Source: Octopus vulgaris (taxonomy: Eukaryota). From it: a DNA stretch of 64,000 nucleotides. The notes under the pieces are model-generated. The model saw only the letters and a program-made list of their open reading frames with translations, searched no databases and had not been told where the DNA came from. Position 1 is the first letter of the stretch; each line of letters begins with the position of its first letter. Below, piece by piece: positions 13,895 to 27,176 of this stretch. The translations under genes were made by a program, and so were the position numbers. The stretch spans positions 12,710,001-12,774,000 of the forward strand of contig OX597823.1 in assembly GCA_951406725.2 (NCBI GenBank). The letters run 5' to 3'.

Positions 13895-14105
13895 CGCCAT
13901 GTTGAATCGCTAGCTTCTGCACGCATTTTTTTTCTCTCCTTGTTTCTCTCTGTGTTTCTTTTCTGTGTATCTTTCTGTTGAAGAGCGTAAGCTCGAAACG
14001 TAAAAGACTTGTTTTATTTATATTCCTGAGCGCCATACTAGTACAATTGTTTGTTTGTACTCCACCTGCCTTCGTCTTTTGTTTATTTTCATAAAGCTTC
14101 CCGTT
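13895..14105 (+). mobile_element. short Penelope-derived or retrozyme-like element with a minimal hammerhead motif
   Basis: TCTTT-CTGTTGA-A-GAGC-GTAA-GCTC-GAAAC-GTA-AAAGA at 13970-14007; flanked by TA/TG repeats. Confidence 0.65.
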
Positions 14106-14330
14106 ATATATATATGTGCGTGTGTGTGTGATTGTATGTGTGTGTGTGTGTGTGTGTATGCATGTATATATTGATATTAAGCAATTAAATCCAGTGGCTT
14201 AGCATATTTAAAAAATCCGAAAATTTTGTTGAAATTCTTCTTGAGATCTCACTCTTCGTGGTAATAGTGATTTGACGTCTATATTTAGAATATTAGGAGT
14301 CCACTTTACTGGTCATTCCTCTTAATTTCG

Positions 14331-14393
<63 letters not shown>

Positions 14394-14490
14394 TTCTTAT
14401 ATACCTGTGTGTGCGAATGTGCGCGTGTGTGCATGTATGTATATATGTATATATATTGGCTAAACAGGCAACATGAACCCCCCCAAATAG

Positions 14491-14528
<38 letters not shown>

Positions 14529-14536
14529 GCTTTACG

Positions 14537-14586
<50 letters not shown>

Positions 14587-15650
14587 GGTGTGTCTATATA
14601 TTTATTTCCTAAAAATATACTTGCATGAGAATTTAAATACACAAATGAATTACTTGTGTTTTAGAACTGTATATGTAATTGAATCATATGATTCAGTAAG
14701 TTATTTGCTGTAAAAGGAGACAAAAAAGAAATCAATTTTAAATAAAAATCTATCGTTGGAAATCGTTTTAAGTCATGTAACCGCTTATTGAAAACCGTAA
14801 GCTATATTGGTAACAGTTGGGACCCAAATTATCAAGATCTTTATGGAATAAATACTGATTTTTTATTCAATAACTAACATTTTGAAGACATTCCAAAGAA
14901 ATTTCAATTTCACTTTAGAAATAAGTTGTCTGGTGAAGGTATTTATGAGTTTGGTTACTTCTTTAATGATATTTGTTATTTGTTAGTTTATAATAACTTT
15001 AGACACATGAGATTTTAATATACACTACTAGCATGTTTCATTTCAAGTAAAATAATACGTATGCGCATGTGTGTATAGACACGCAATGTCAGCTGAAATA
15101 GAGTATGATTCATAGACAATGAAACAAAACAGAGAATCGTGTTCCTGTTTCACTCTAAACAAAGAAAACTTAGGAGAAATGTTAAGACTATATTTTAATA
15201 TAGTTAACGAATGAAAAACAAAGATGGGGCATATAACGATATGTTTGAAAGAGAGAGGAAGGAAAAGAGAGAGGAAGTGAGGCAGAGAGAATGAGAAAAT
15301 AGAGAAAGAGGGAAAGGAAAAAGAGAACAGTAGAAAAAGGAATCCATAGACGGAAGGAAAGGAATCTTGAACTTGAATATTTCTATTTCGTAAGTTGCTT
15401 CAAGTAAAGTAATTATAACAAAATGAACGAAGCTGAGTTCATTAAATTCTTGGTTTCTTAATCTTATTTGCAATGCCATTGTATATATATTTACCCTCAA
15501 AATATGAGGTGCATATCGATTTGTGTCTATGAAAAGGTTATAGCAGTAAGTTACATAAAATATAAAGTTACACTGTGCACAATAAATTAGCGATGATCGC
15601 AATAATGATATATTTATGATTGGATTAAGTTCATGCATTTGTAAGTATGT

Positions 15651-15873
15651 TACTCTTTTATACTCTTTTACTTGTTTCAGTCATTTGACTGCGGTCATGC
15701 TGGAGCACCGCCTTTAATCGAGCAACTCGACCCATGGACTTATTCTTTTGTAAGCCCAGTACTTACTCTATCGGACTCTTTTGCCGAACCGCTAAGTAAC
15801 GGGGACATAAACACACTAGCATTGGTTGTCAAGCAATGCTAGGGGGACAAACACAGACACACAACAAACACAC

Positions 15874-15911
<38 letters not shown>

Positions 15912-16072
15912 GACGGGCTTCTTTCAGTTTCCGTCTACCAAATCCACTCACAAGGCTTTGGTCGGCCCGAGGCAATAGTAGAAGACACTTGCCCAAGATG
16001 CCACGCAGTGGGACTGAACCCGGAACCATGTGGTTGGTAAACAAGCTACTTACCACACAGCCACTCCTGCGC
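15651..16072 (-). mobile_element. SINE family B, full-length young copy
   Basis: Very similar to the copies at 35530 and 38325; GTAAAAGA-type repeated tail. Confidence 0.92.
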
Positions 16073-16278
16073 GATAACATTTCATGTCAAGTAGTGAAGA
16101 TACCTGGTTTAGTGGCTATGATGCTTGTCTCCTGGCTGTGATATCAAAGTTCCAATTCCTAGACAGGGGAGTACATTGTGTCACTGAACTAGACACTTCG
16201 TTTTACATCGTCTACTAACCGTATTTTGGAGCGGTCTTCTCCCTCTACAGCCGACACATCCTGAAATATCTGCTGGAT

Positions 16279-16344
<66 letters not shown>

Positions 16345-16409
16345 AAAAGCTTTCGATATTTATTTACAAGCATATACAAGCACCTCAATGTGGCGATCTA
16401 CGGCAACCG

Positions 16410-16590
16410 TTATCAGGACGGGCATAAGGATTAGCAGCATTTCGTCTGAGTTCAAATTCCGTCGCCAGCTACTTTGCATTTCATCCTTTTGTGGTCAATG
16501 AAAATAAGTTTCAGTTGAACATTGTGGTTGATGAAGTCGACGTAACCCATGTCTTAAAAGTACTGGACTTCCGTCAAAATTTGAAGCCGA
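16410..16590 (+). mobile_element. SINE family A, diverged
   Basis: GAGTTCAAATTCC B box and CTTTGCATTTCATCCTTT core. Confidence 0.65.
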
Positions 16591-16770
16591 TTTATGATAC
16601 TTTAAATCAAGTAGCGAGTGCAGAATATATGCAAGCATTTATTACTCGTTTATGAGTGACGGCTGCACTTTATGCATACCAAGTATTCTATCGACTTTCA
16701 GAATAGTGAGATCCACTTCGTTCAAATCGCAAAGCATAATTTTACCCATTGCATTATTAATCACAGTTCT

Positions 16771-17266
16771 TTAGTCGATTGATAAGTTAGTCTGAAAATT
16801 TTAGTCGATTGATACAGGTAAGTTAGTCTGAAAATTTTGGTCGATTGATACAGGTAAGTTAGTCTGAAAATTTTGGTCGATTGATACAGGTAAGTTAGTC
16901 TGAAAATTTTAGTCGATTGATACAGGTAAGTTAGTCTGAAAATTTTAGTCGATTGATACCAGGTAAGTTAGTCTGAAAATTTTGGTCGATTGATACAGGT
17001 AAGTTAGTCTGAAAATTTTGGTCGATTGATACAGGTAAGTTAGTCTGAAAATTTTAGTCGATTGATACAGGTAAGTTAGTCTGAAAATTTTGGTCGATTG
17101 ATACAGGTAAGTTAGTCTGAAAATTTTGGTCGATTGATACAGGTAAGTTAGTCTGAAAATTTTAGTCGATTGATACAGGTAAGTTAGTCTGAAAATTTTG
17201 GTCGATTGATACAGGTAAGTTAGTCTGAAAATTTTGGTCGATTGATACAGGTAGCCGAAAATTTTA
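16771..17266. repeat. 36-bp minisatellite, ~13 units: GTCGATTGATACAGGTAAGTTAGTCTGAAAATTTT(A/G)
   Basis: Direct reading; near-identical units, one 1-bp insertion at ~16960. Confidence 0.97.
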
Positions 17267-17443
17267 GAGCTTCTCAGATCCTCATGTATTGTCGCTAGTT
17301 CGATCCATCCACAAAGGATGAATATGAACAATAAATACTAGGGGATTTGAACCCATTTTTTAAAAATATTGTTAACGCAAAGTCAAACATATACATGTAA
17401 AGATGCGGCTACACAAACACACACACACACAGACACATGCATA

Positions 17444-17494
<51 letters not shown>

Positions 17495-17499
17495 ATGTA

Positions 17500-18773
17500 C
17501 TATGTTGAGTCAAACGTTTCAAGTAAGGTGACATTAGCCTCGAAGACAAACCGAGTTCAGGGTAAACGAAACCGTGCCTGAAATAGTTGAACAACAGCTA
17601 GCACAAACGCTGCTACATTACTGGCAGAACTTGATTCCTCACAAAGCACCATCAGTCGACACCTCCATATGTTCGGCTTTGTGAACAGACAGTGTCGAGA
17701 AGCTCCTCATGAACTGACCAGCACAACAACGTGTGAACTTTTGCAAACAACTGCTGGCATTCATCAAGATGCCCGTTTTTGCCTTTGAACTGTAAGTGGG
17801 GATGCACGATGGGTTTATTTTCGTAATTTTAATAAGAGAAATCAGTGGCTTCCTACCAGCCAGACTTCAGAGCATGTTGTCAAACAAGAGATGTTTGGGC
17901 AGAAATTCGTGTTATGTGCTTGATGGAATTTCGAAGGTTTGTTGCACTTTGAGTATGTCCCAGATGGCCACGCTGTGAACGCTAACATTTATATTCAACA
18001 ACTTCAGTGAGCATATCATACTTAGAAAACGCACAACCAGGCAATGATTAATTGAAGACACACACTTGTTTGTTGTTTGTTCCAATGAGCCATGCCTGGC
18101 CCATTGGGGCCGGTTTCCCGGCTTCCTTGCCGTATAGCTACCCCACCTGGACGGGACGCCGGTCCGTCTCAGTTGCGCTGCAAGATGCAGGAGGGAAGAG
18201 TGAGAGAAAGATGTGGCGAAAGGGTCGGCAGAAGTTCGCCATTACCTTCTGCCGGAGCCGCGTGGAGCTTAGGTGTTTCGCTCATACACACACACATCGC
18301 CCGGTCTGAGATTCGAACCCCCGATCCTCCGACCGCGAGTCCGCTGCTCTAACCACTAGGCCATGTATCTCCACAGAGACTCACACTGTCACAGCATGAC
18401 AATGCCTCAGGACGTTCTGACAATGTGGCTTAGCAAAAACCTGCAGAATTTGAGGGACTGGAAGTGCTGCCTCACCCTACATACAATCCAGACCTTGCAT
18501 CATCAGATTGCCACTTTATCCAAGCCATAGCTCAGTTCCTTCAAAGACGGAGATTGAGCAATGTGGATGAGGTTGAAAACGGTTTCAGAGTATTTTGAGC
18601 CTTTAAACCAGTCACATGATATAAGCCAGACGCTTTGTCTGGCACAACGATGGAAACATACTATAGAATATGAAAGGATAGACTTTGATGAATAAACGCT
18701 TTCCATATGTAATTTGATTGAACTATTAATTAAAGCTTGATATTAAAAAAAGCAAACGTTTGACTCAGCCTGG
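17500..18773 (+). mobile_element. mariner (DD34D-type) transposon relic with both TIRs, interrupted by a SINE
   Basis: TIRs CTATGTTGAGTCAAACGTTT / AAACGTTTGACTCAGCCTGG with TA flanks; degenerate PHELT..QQRVNFCKQLL, GD(A)RWVYFRN, HDNA and PHPTYNPDLASSD motifs. Confidence 0.88.
18067..18376 (-). mobile_element. SINE family C nested in the mariner relic
   Basis: Reverse TGGCCTAGTGGTTAG..GGTTCGAATCTC; TSD AGACACACACT / AGACTCACACT. Confidence 0.88.
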
Positions 18774-19494
18774 TATATGCGCATACAGACCTAGCTCCAC
18801 TTATTACTGTTTGCACATACTCACACACGTATAAGTAAAGTGATTCCGAGTCGACTCATGCAGGTCACTATTATTTGTGGGATTTCGTAAATGATATTAC
18901 AATAGGATGAACAAGTTGTTTCAGAACTTAAGAGTAGATTATACTAAAAGCTATCAACAAACAGTGATTCTGATGAATTTCCTCCAGATATATTTTAACA
19001 GATTTACAGTCTGTTTGTACAGTCATTTATGTAAAATAAGAAGCACTATGTAAGCCACATTAAAATGCAAAAGACCACGATTATCTAAGTTTTATGCTAA
19101 AAGAAAACTCATTTGAAAAACTAATATTCTTTAAATCTATCAACAGTTTATTTCCTGTTTTAAAAATCTACAAGTGAGAATATTACAAACCTGCTCATAA
19201 CATTGCATATCTATTTTTATTCTTTTATTTTTTTCTTCTCACTTTTGATAAATAATGTCATTTTCTTGACTTTCTATGTATAGAATTACGAAGCGAAGTA
19301 CGGTTATTAGCTTCGTTGACGTCACTGGCCAAGATAGCCAATGTATAGAAGATATTAATGATAAATGGTATCTCTTTCCTCCTTCAGTGTTAGAGAAATT
19401 CTGAAGCCAGCACGTAAAGCAACTGCTTATGTCAATTCGAAGACCTATAAGGAATTATCAAAAATATTTTCCTTCCGTGAGACATCCATAAACA

Positions 19495-19985
19495 ATCGAT
19501 GGCAAAATGACACTGGGGTAAAATATACGAACTCCCGTGTACCCATCATGGCTGCTCGTCTGATAAGAGTACACCAGGCACATCACAACCATACGTGCGC
19601 GACATGGTGATCTCATATCAAAATAAACAGCGCATGACCTTGCAGGTCGGGCCCAGTTAAAATTTTCTTCAGGTCGAATAGCCCAGCCCGCTCAAAAGAT
19701 CCCCGAATAAGGATCGTTTAAGGATGTTAATCGAGGTGAATTTTTCAAAACCCTAAAAATTCTTCTCAGCTCATAGCTATGGTGCTCCCCCACTACTACT
19801 GCTCATGAACAAAGATGCACATGTCAGCCACTGAGGCTCATGCTCAACTGGTTGAGGTTACGTAACTGATAAGCAAATTTGTCATATTAGGCAGAATATT
19901 TGCTGTAACCCATCTTTTATACCAAGACAAAACAAAGTACATGATAACACTTCCAATCAGTTATGATCAGAAGCCATGACAGCCA
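19495..19985 (+). mobile_element. unclassified interspersed repeat; partial inverted copy at ~47375-47480
   Basis: CATCATGGCTGCTCGTCTGATAAGAGTACACCAGGCAC matches the reverse complement of GTGCCTGGTGTACCCTTATCAGAGGGATAGTCATGATGG. Confidence 0.55.
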
Positions 19986-20967
19986 CTGCTCCACGTAAAT
20001 TTTTACGTTCCAGTCTGTTTCCAGTAAAGTGGTTAAGGAACTATTATGCTTAATAATATTTCTATTTATAAAATAGAGACGAGGTGTAAGAGAAATTAAG
20101 ATAGACACGAGTTTATACTATTAGTTGCAAAGTATGTTTCACCACTCTGGTTGCGTGAAATTGTCATTTTATGCTCCAAGTGCATATGGATGCTTAGTCA
20201 GAACTGATCACCAGAGAACACTTTACAGCATTAAGTTACAGATAACTAATGTCAAGAGTTGTGTACATGGTGAGGTATCTTATAAGTAATTGTTAGGGAA
20301 ATTGAAAGAAAAAAAATGGTAGAGAAAGAGAAAGACGTATTAAGAAAAAAGAGAGAAGGGGAGAGTAGAATAGAGGAAAAGAAGACAAAGAAAGAATAAA
20401 AAAAAACGATGAGAGCAAATATAAGAGATAGAAGATAAAAAAAAGAGCTGAACAGGAGAAGTAGCACAAGGAAAAGGAAAAAGTGTCTAAAGAATGAAAC
20501 AAGAAAGAATAAATATTTTTAAATATATAACCAGAAAAATGAATAAATACATAATTAAATATATCTAAAAGAAACAGACAGAGAGAGAGAGACAGACAGG
20601 GAGAGAGAGGAGGATAAAGAGAGCGAGAGAGAGAGAGAGAGAGAAAGGAAAGCAAACTCGGAAAGAGAACAAATGAGAGTAGAAGACAAGTAAGAGATGA
20701 TAAAAAGGGGAGTAAAATTGTGAGTCATTAACTTATTTAATTAAAACCAAGGAGATAGGATAATGATTGTACACAAATATATACTTAAGTATACGGAGGT
20801 CTTGATTCCGCACATAATAAACATCCAGAGGTTATGTTCTGTAGTTCAACACATACTTACAAAAGCTAAAACTCATATAAACAGGCAATAAACCACCAGC
20901 AGGTGCCCATACACCAACGCTGAACCACAAACAGGCAGACATTAAATGCATATATACATAGCGACGA

Positions 20968-21250
<283 letters not shown>

Positions 21251-21514
21251 ATATATATATATTTATATATATAGGATTACGTGAGTGATTTATTCGTTAA
21301 TAGACGAAACCGGTGTACGATTAATTCTTGATTTTTATATCATTTTCATGTCTTGCCCGCCTATTGTTCTAGTGTCCGCTGAATTTTCTCTAGAGAACAT
21401 TCTTTCTTTGCAGTTTGATCTAGGTGATTTATTTCTAGCATATGGCTGTCCACTTAGTGGTTTTAAGCACTTAATACACACACACACACACACACACACA
21501 TTTATATATATATA

Positions 21515-21559
<45 letters not shown>

Positions 21560-22189
21560 CATGCATATATACGCACACCGACAGAGGCACACTCAACTCA
21601 CATTCTCATACGAACACACACTCACACGCAGGTAATGCGTGCAGTAAATATTTTATTTTTTTTCAGCAAGCATCTTCGTATGCGTTTGTGTGTCAATAGG
21701 CAAGGAAGACCTAAACGTGCACAAGTTGATAACGGGAAATAGAAAGCTGTGATAGACATCCTAGAAATGAAAAAAAATTCACTAGCGTTATGATAACCAG
21801 AACAGCAGCTGCATTTGCAACAATAACTCTTGTACGAAGCCTACTACTACATGGCAATTTTTTTTAAGTACACACACAAGCATAAGTACATCGTATCATA
21901 CTGAGTACACACTTACACACACACATACAAACACACACACACATATTTGTTAGAATTTGTGTTTTCATGCATATTTCAAATAAAAACAATAACGCGTTAA
22001 TTTGTATGGTTGCTATATATTTTTGTATAGTATAAGTTTATTCTTATACAATACGAATTTTGATACTGACTTCGAAATTTCGGCCAGTTGGAAGTCAATG
22101 GCAACAATATACATTATATATAATATAATATAATATAATATAATATATTATAATATAACATAATATTATATATATATATATATATATTT

Positions 22190-22310
22190 TTTTCTAGTTT
22201 CAGCTCAGAGCTGCGGCCATGCTGATGCACCGCCGTTTTGTGCTACACTGTTATTGCGACGAACCTCGTCTAATATGTGGCACTTGGTGAAGAATGGAGT
22301 TTGATACAGC
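22190..22310 (-). mobile_element. CR1/L2-like LINE, extreme 3' end
   Basis: Reverse CACCAAGTGCCACATATTAG..GGCGGTGCATCAGCATGGCCGCAG; homologous to 26880-27075 and 36640-36680. Confidence 0.65.
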
Positions 22311-22378
22311 TATATATACATATATACATATATATATACACATATACATTTATATATATATGGGTATGTGTGTGTGTA

Positions 22379-22540
22379 GGGGCAGGAATGGTGGTGGTAA
22401 GTAGCTTGCTTACCAACCACATGGCTCCAGGTTTAGTCTCACTGCGTGAGATCTTGGCCAGGTGTCTTGTACTATAGCCTCGAGCCGACCAAAGCCTTGT
22501 GAATGGATTTGGAAGACGAAAACGGATAGAAGTCCGTCAT
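22379..22540 (+). mobile_element. SINE family B, 5' half
   Basis: GGCAGGAATGGTGGTGGTAAGTAGCTTGC..GAAGTCCGTC. Confidence 0.78.
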
Positions 22541-22635
22541 ATATATCGCTTAGACGTTTATATATGTGGTGGGTGACAGTCAATGCTCCAAACTGTGTGT
22601 GTGTTTGTGCGCGTGTATTTGTTTATGTATATATT

Positions 22636-22696
<61 letters not shown>

Positions 22697-22704
22697 ATTA
22701 ATCA

Positions 22705-23135
<431 letters not shown>

Positions 23136-23334
23136 TATACATATATATTCAGTTTTGGGGGATTAATAGTCATGCGAGTATTCTATCTTAGATAATACGA
23201 AAAAAGAACCTAATGAGTATATCTGAAAGTAAACTCATGGTATCCATTTGCACATCACGATATAATACTTAAAGGACATAACCATGATACGACCAGGGTA
23301 TATACTATACTTCCTTAATTATCTTCTACTATAA

Positions 23335-23539
23335 TACACACATCTCGTGTGTACTGTTGGCGATTTTTTTCCTCTGTCTTCCCTTCTCTGGATCTTTCCT
23401 TCTCCTATGTTTCCGACGAAGAGCTCCGCTCGAAACGTTAAATCCTCCTTCTTTCCTTCTTTCCTGAGCGTCCAATAATACTATATTTGTTCCGCGTCCT
23501 CGCGTTGCTGTGTTTTTTTGTACTTTCCTGTTTGGATTA

Positions 23540-23545
<6 letters not shown>
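23335..23545 (+). mobile_element. short Penelope-derived or retrozyme-like element with a minimal hammerhead motif
   Basis: GTTT-CCGACGA-A-GAGC-TCC-GCTC-GAAAC-GTT-AAAT at 23409-23443; shares downstream TTCCTGAGCG with the 13.9-kb element; followed by (TA)n. Confidence 0.7.
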
Positions 23546-23595
<50 letters not shown>

Positions 23596-23599
23596 TATT

Positions 23600-23643
<44 letters not shown>

Positions 23644-24034
23644 TATAAAGAGTGAGAGAGAGGAGGAGTGGGTGGTTCTACCGGTAATTATTGGCGCTCT
23701 GAGAATTGTAACACTGTCTAAGTACAAATCTTGAGAAAATCAGGGAGGAGAGAAACATCAATGGAACTGTAAAAATATGTAAAACGTTCCAGAAGTTTAG
23801 CATTTAAGTATATATGCTCATGTCTAGACATGCAACTATATGCATGGGAATACATGCATAAAACAAAACATGCAAATCTGAACATGGACTGACTCCAAAT
23901 ACTGCATATATACATACATATATGCTCTGCCCTGTTGATGTTGTTGAAATTTCAATGAAGGTGCCTTGGATCTAGGTTAGAAACCGGCTCCTCTTTTTTG
24001 GCAAGACACCTTGAAATAAACCTGAATAATCGCT

Positions 24035-24066
<32 letters not shown>

Positions 24067-24068
24067 TA

Positions 24069-24106
<38 letters not shown>

Positions 24107-25189
24107 ATCGCTCTCACACTCATAATATTGATTTCGTTTATAAGTCGAAGGCATCCACGTTTAAGTAACGTGTATAGACCAAATATCTAGGAACCTGACT
24201 AGTGGTTAGTTAAATGTTTGTTTCAGCTGAGACGATTCCCACACTAAATTCGTTTCTAATATGAAATATGATGTAAATCTTTGACACTTTTAGAAATCCA
24301 AAACTTAACGAAATAAAATTTTTAGTAAGAAAAATCTTTATATATCGATGGGTAAAAATCTATGATATGAATTCCAATGAGATATCGAGATATACAAGAT
24401 AAAGGCATTCCTAGGTACAGCAATTCGATATATCAGATTTTTTAAAAACGTTTTTTTACGTTTCATCTATGAATATTAAATTGACTTATTTCACATTTAG
24501 ATCACTGAAATTTCTGCTAAATTTCCTGCGCGTTTTACTTTATATCCGTAGAAACGACAAACTCGTCTTTAACAATTTTCAAACGTCTGTCTGTATCTAA
24601 ACACACTATACAGTGACTGTTGCACAGCACGCATACATACACACATACTGAGGCATATACCGACAGAACAGTTTTACATGAATAAAAGCTACATTATTAC
24701 TACATGTAGTACACTGATGATGTTGTTGAAGACACCTCAATATCGATCGATGGCAAGTTATAAAACTATTTTATCTCTTTCGTCTAGAGACAATACTCTA
24801 GATTAACACCATATAACTTAAATTCTTCTCGTACGACCGAGTGAAAACAACACTCAAATCTTTCACAAATCCCACTCTACCGTCTTTAAACAATGACAGG
24901 TTGTATTTGGTATTGTTAAAGAAGCTAAGTGATGGTCGTATTTTGAATGGTTTATAGAAGATTTGTTCAGTTAGAGATGACTTGGGACTATGAACAGGCA
25001 CAACAAATATGTACGAACTTTCTTGTTTTTGAATTAAGAGTGGTTATTCTGATAATTTTACTGAAATGACGTAAGTGACTATTTAACTAGTTCTAACAGC
25101 CCAGAGAATGAATATCACGATTAAGTATCACAACACAATTGAACGTCTTGCACTCACATTAAAATGTTTCAGACAAGGCTACCCGTATA

Positions 25190-25308
25190 TCCCGAAAGGA
25201 TGAAAGGCAAAGTCGACCTCAGCGGAATTTGAACTCAAGACGTAAAGACACACGAAATACCGCAAAGCATTTCGCCCGCGTGCTAACGCTTCTGCCAGCT
25301 CGCCGCCT
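25190..25308 (-). mobile_element. SINE family A, 5' part
   Basis: A/B boxes on the reverse strand. Confidence 0.85.
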
Positions 25309-25329
25309 TCAACATAAAACCAGAACATT

Positions 25330-25912
25330 CATCTCTTTTCTACTCTAGGCAAAACGCCTGAAAATTTAGGTGGGGTGCAGTCGGTTAGGTCGACCCCAAT
25401 ACGCAACTGGTATTTAATTTATCGACCCCGAAAGGATGAAAGGCAAAGTCGACCTCGACGGAATTTGAACTCAGAACGTAGACAGACGAAATACCTATTT
25501 CTTTACTACCCACAAGGGGCTAAACACAGAGGGGACAAACAAGGACAGACAAAGGGATTAAGTCGATTACATCGACCCCAGTGCGTAACTAGTACTTAAC
25601 TGATCGACCCCGAAAGGATGAAAGGAAAAATCGACTTCGGCGGAATTTGAACTCAGAACGTAGCGGCAGACGAAATACCTATTTCTTAACTACCCACAAG
25701 GAGCTAAACTCAGAGGGGACAAACAAGGACAGACAAAGGGATTAAGTCGATTATATCGACCCCAGTGCGTAACTGGTATTTAATTTATCGACCCCGAAAG
25801 GACGAAAGGCAAAGTCGACCTCGGCGGAATTTGAACTCAGAACGTAACGGCAGACGAAATATGGCTACGCATTTCACCCGGTGTGCTAACGTTTCTGCCA
25901 GATCGCCGCCTT
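25330..25912 (-). mobile_element. SINE family A trimer (one head plus ~183-bp tandem units)
   Basis: Three consecutive GACCCCGAAAGGA.GAAAGG.AAA.TCGAC..GGAATTTGAACTCAGAACG blocks, joined twice at GACGAAATACC|TATTTCTT. Confidence 0.9.
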
Positions 25913-26756
25913 GACTATATAACTAGAACATCGCGAGACGAATGTTTTTATAACAAGCCAAACCATAGCTTACATTAAAGTTCTTAAGTAAACATGTAAC
26001 TTGTAAAACTCATCTCTGTGAAATGCTGATTATCACAAGATAATCACTGTATTACATAGAGAAACACATGACTCATAAAAATGAGACAAAACGCTACGTT
26101 TAACTCATTATATATAAACATGTCTTTTGCCTCATCTGCCTACGCTTCTATTGAAATACGTACATACCTAACTACCAATTTCACCTACGTACCTACCTGC
26201 CTACTAACCTCTCCTCTTCGAAGGGTGTTGTTAACAATAAAGATACCAAGAATGTAATGTTTAAAGCTACAGCGGCTCTCATTTAATAATCGTCACCATC
26301 GTTCTTAACGTCATCATCTATCATCATCGTCATCATCACCCTTAAAGCTACTTTCACCATCATCAGCATCACTTATCATCACCGTTGTCGCCGCTGTTAC
26401 TTTAATAACCATTATCCTTTTCATTATCACCCCAGCCATTTAAATTGGTTGTGGTGATAATGTAGTAATCATCACCATTGCTAAAATTATTTTAACAATT
26501 AATGAAGTGGCCATGAAAGAGTAAATTTTCAATTGGCTTTTAAAAAATTTCTTACATCAGCCTCTTTTCTTGTCTTTGCTTCTATATTTGTTGACAGCTG
26601 CCTATGTCCTTTACCCACAATAATACAGGCACTTTTACACTAACCGCCGTTTTCACTTAAAATGTTACAAGAAACAAATTACATTTACAAACAACAATAT
26701 TTTTCACTCTGCCCTGTTAAATGTACGCAGGCGCAGCAAGATATGTATATAGTATG

Positions 26757-26860
<104 letters not shown>

Positions 26861-26879
26861 ATATATATTTAAATCCTTT

Positions 26880-27075
26880 AAAATGTTTCAGACCGAAAGA
26901 TGCGGCTATGCTGGGGCAGCACCACTGAATCAGCTACACTAGTATGTGAAACTACCTTTGATACGTGGCACTTGGTCAACAAGTGAGTTCAACGCCGCTG
27001 CTCGCATCCATCTGTGTTTCCTGCCGAGAGGTAGGTTCATTTGGAACCCATGACAAGAAGAGATCCAGTTTAGTT
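26880..27075 (-). mobile_element. CR1/L2-like LINE 3' end
   Basis: Encodes TKLDLFLSWVPNEPTSRQ (RT ORF C-terminus), then tail GGTGCTGCCCCAGCATAGCCGCA..TGAAACA. Confidence 0.75.
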
Positions 27076-27077
27076 AT

Positions 27078-27176
<99 letters not shown>

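Noticed and set aside
16771-17266. CRISPR array (36-bp period) or the 128-aa repeat ORF as a gene
   Set aside because: No spacers; the ORF is cut by a 1-bp insertion inside the array and simply reflects a unit length divisible by three
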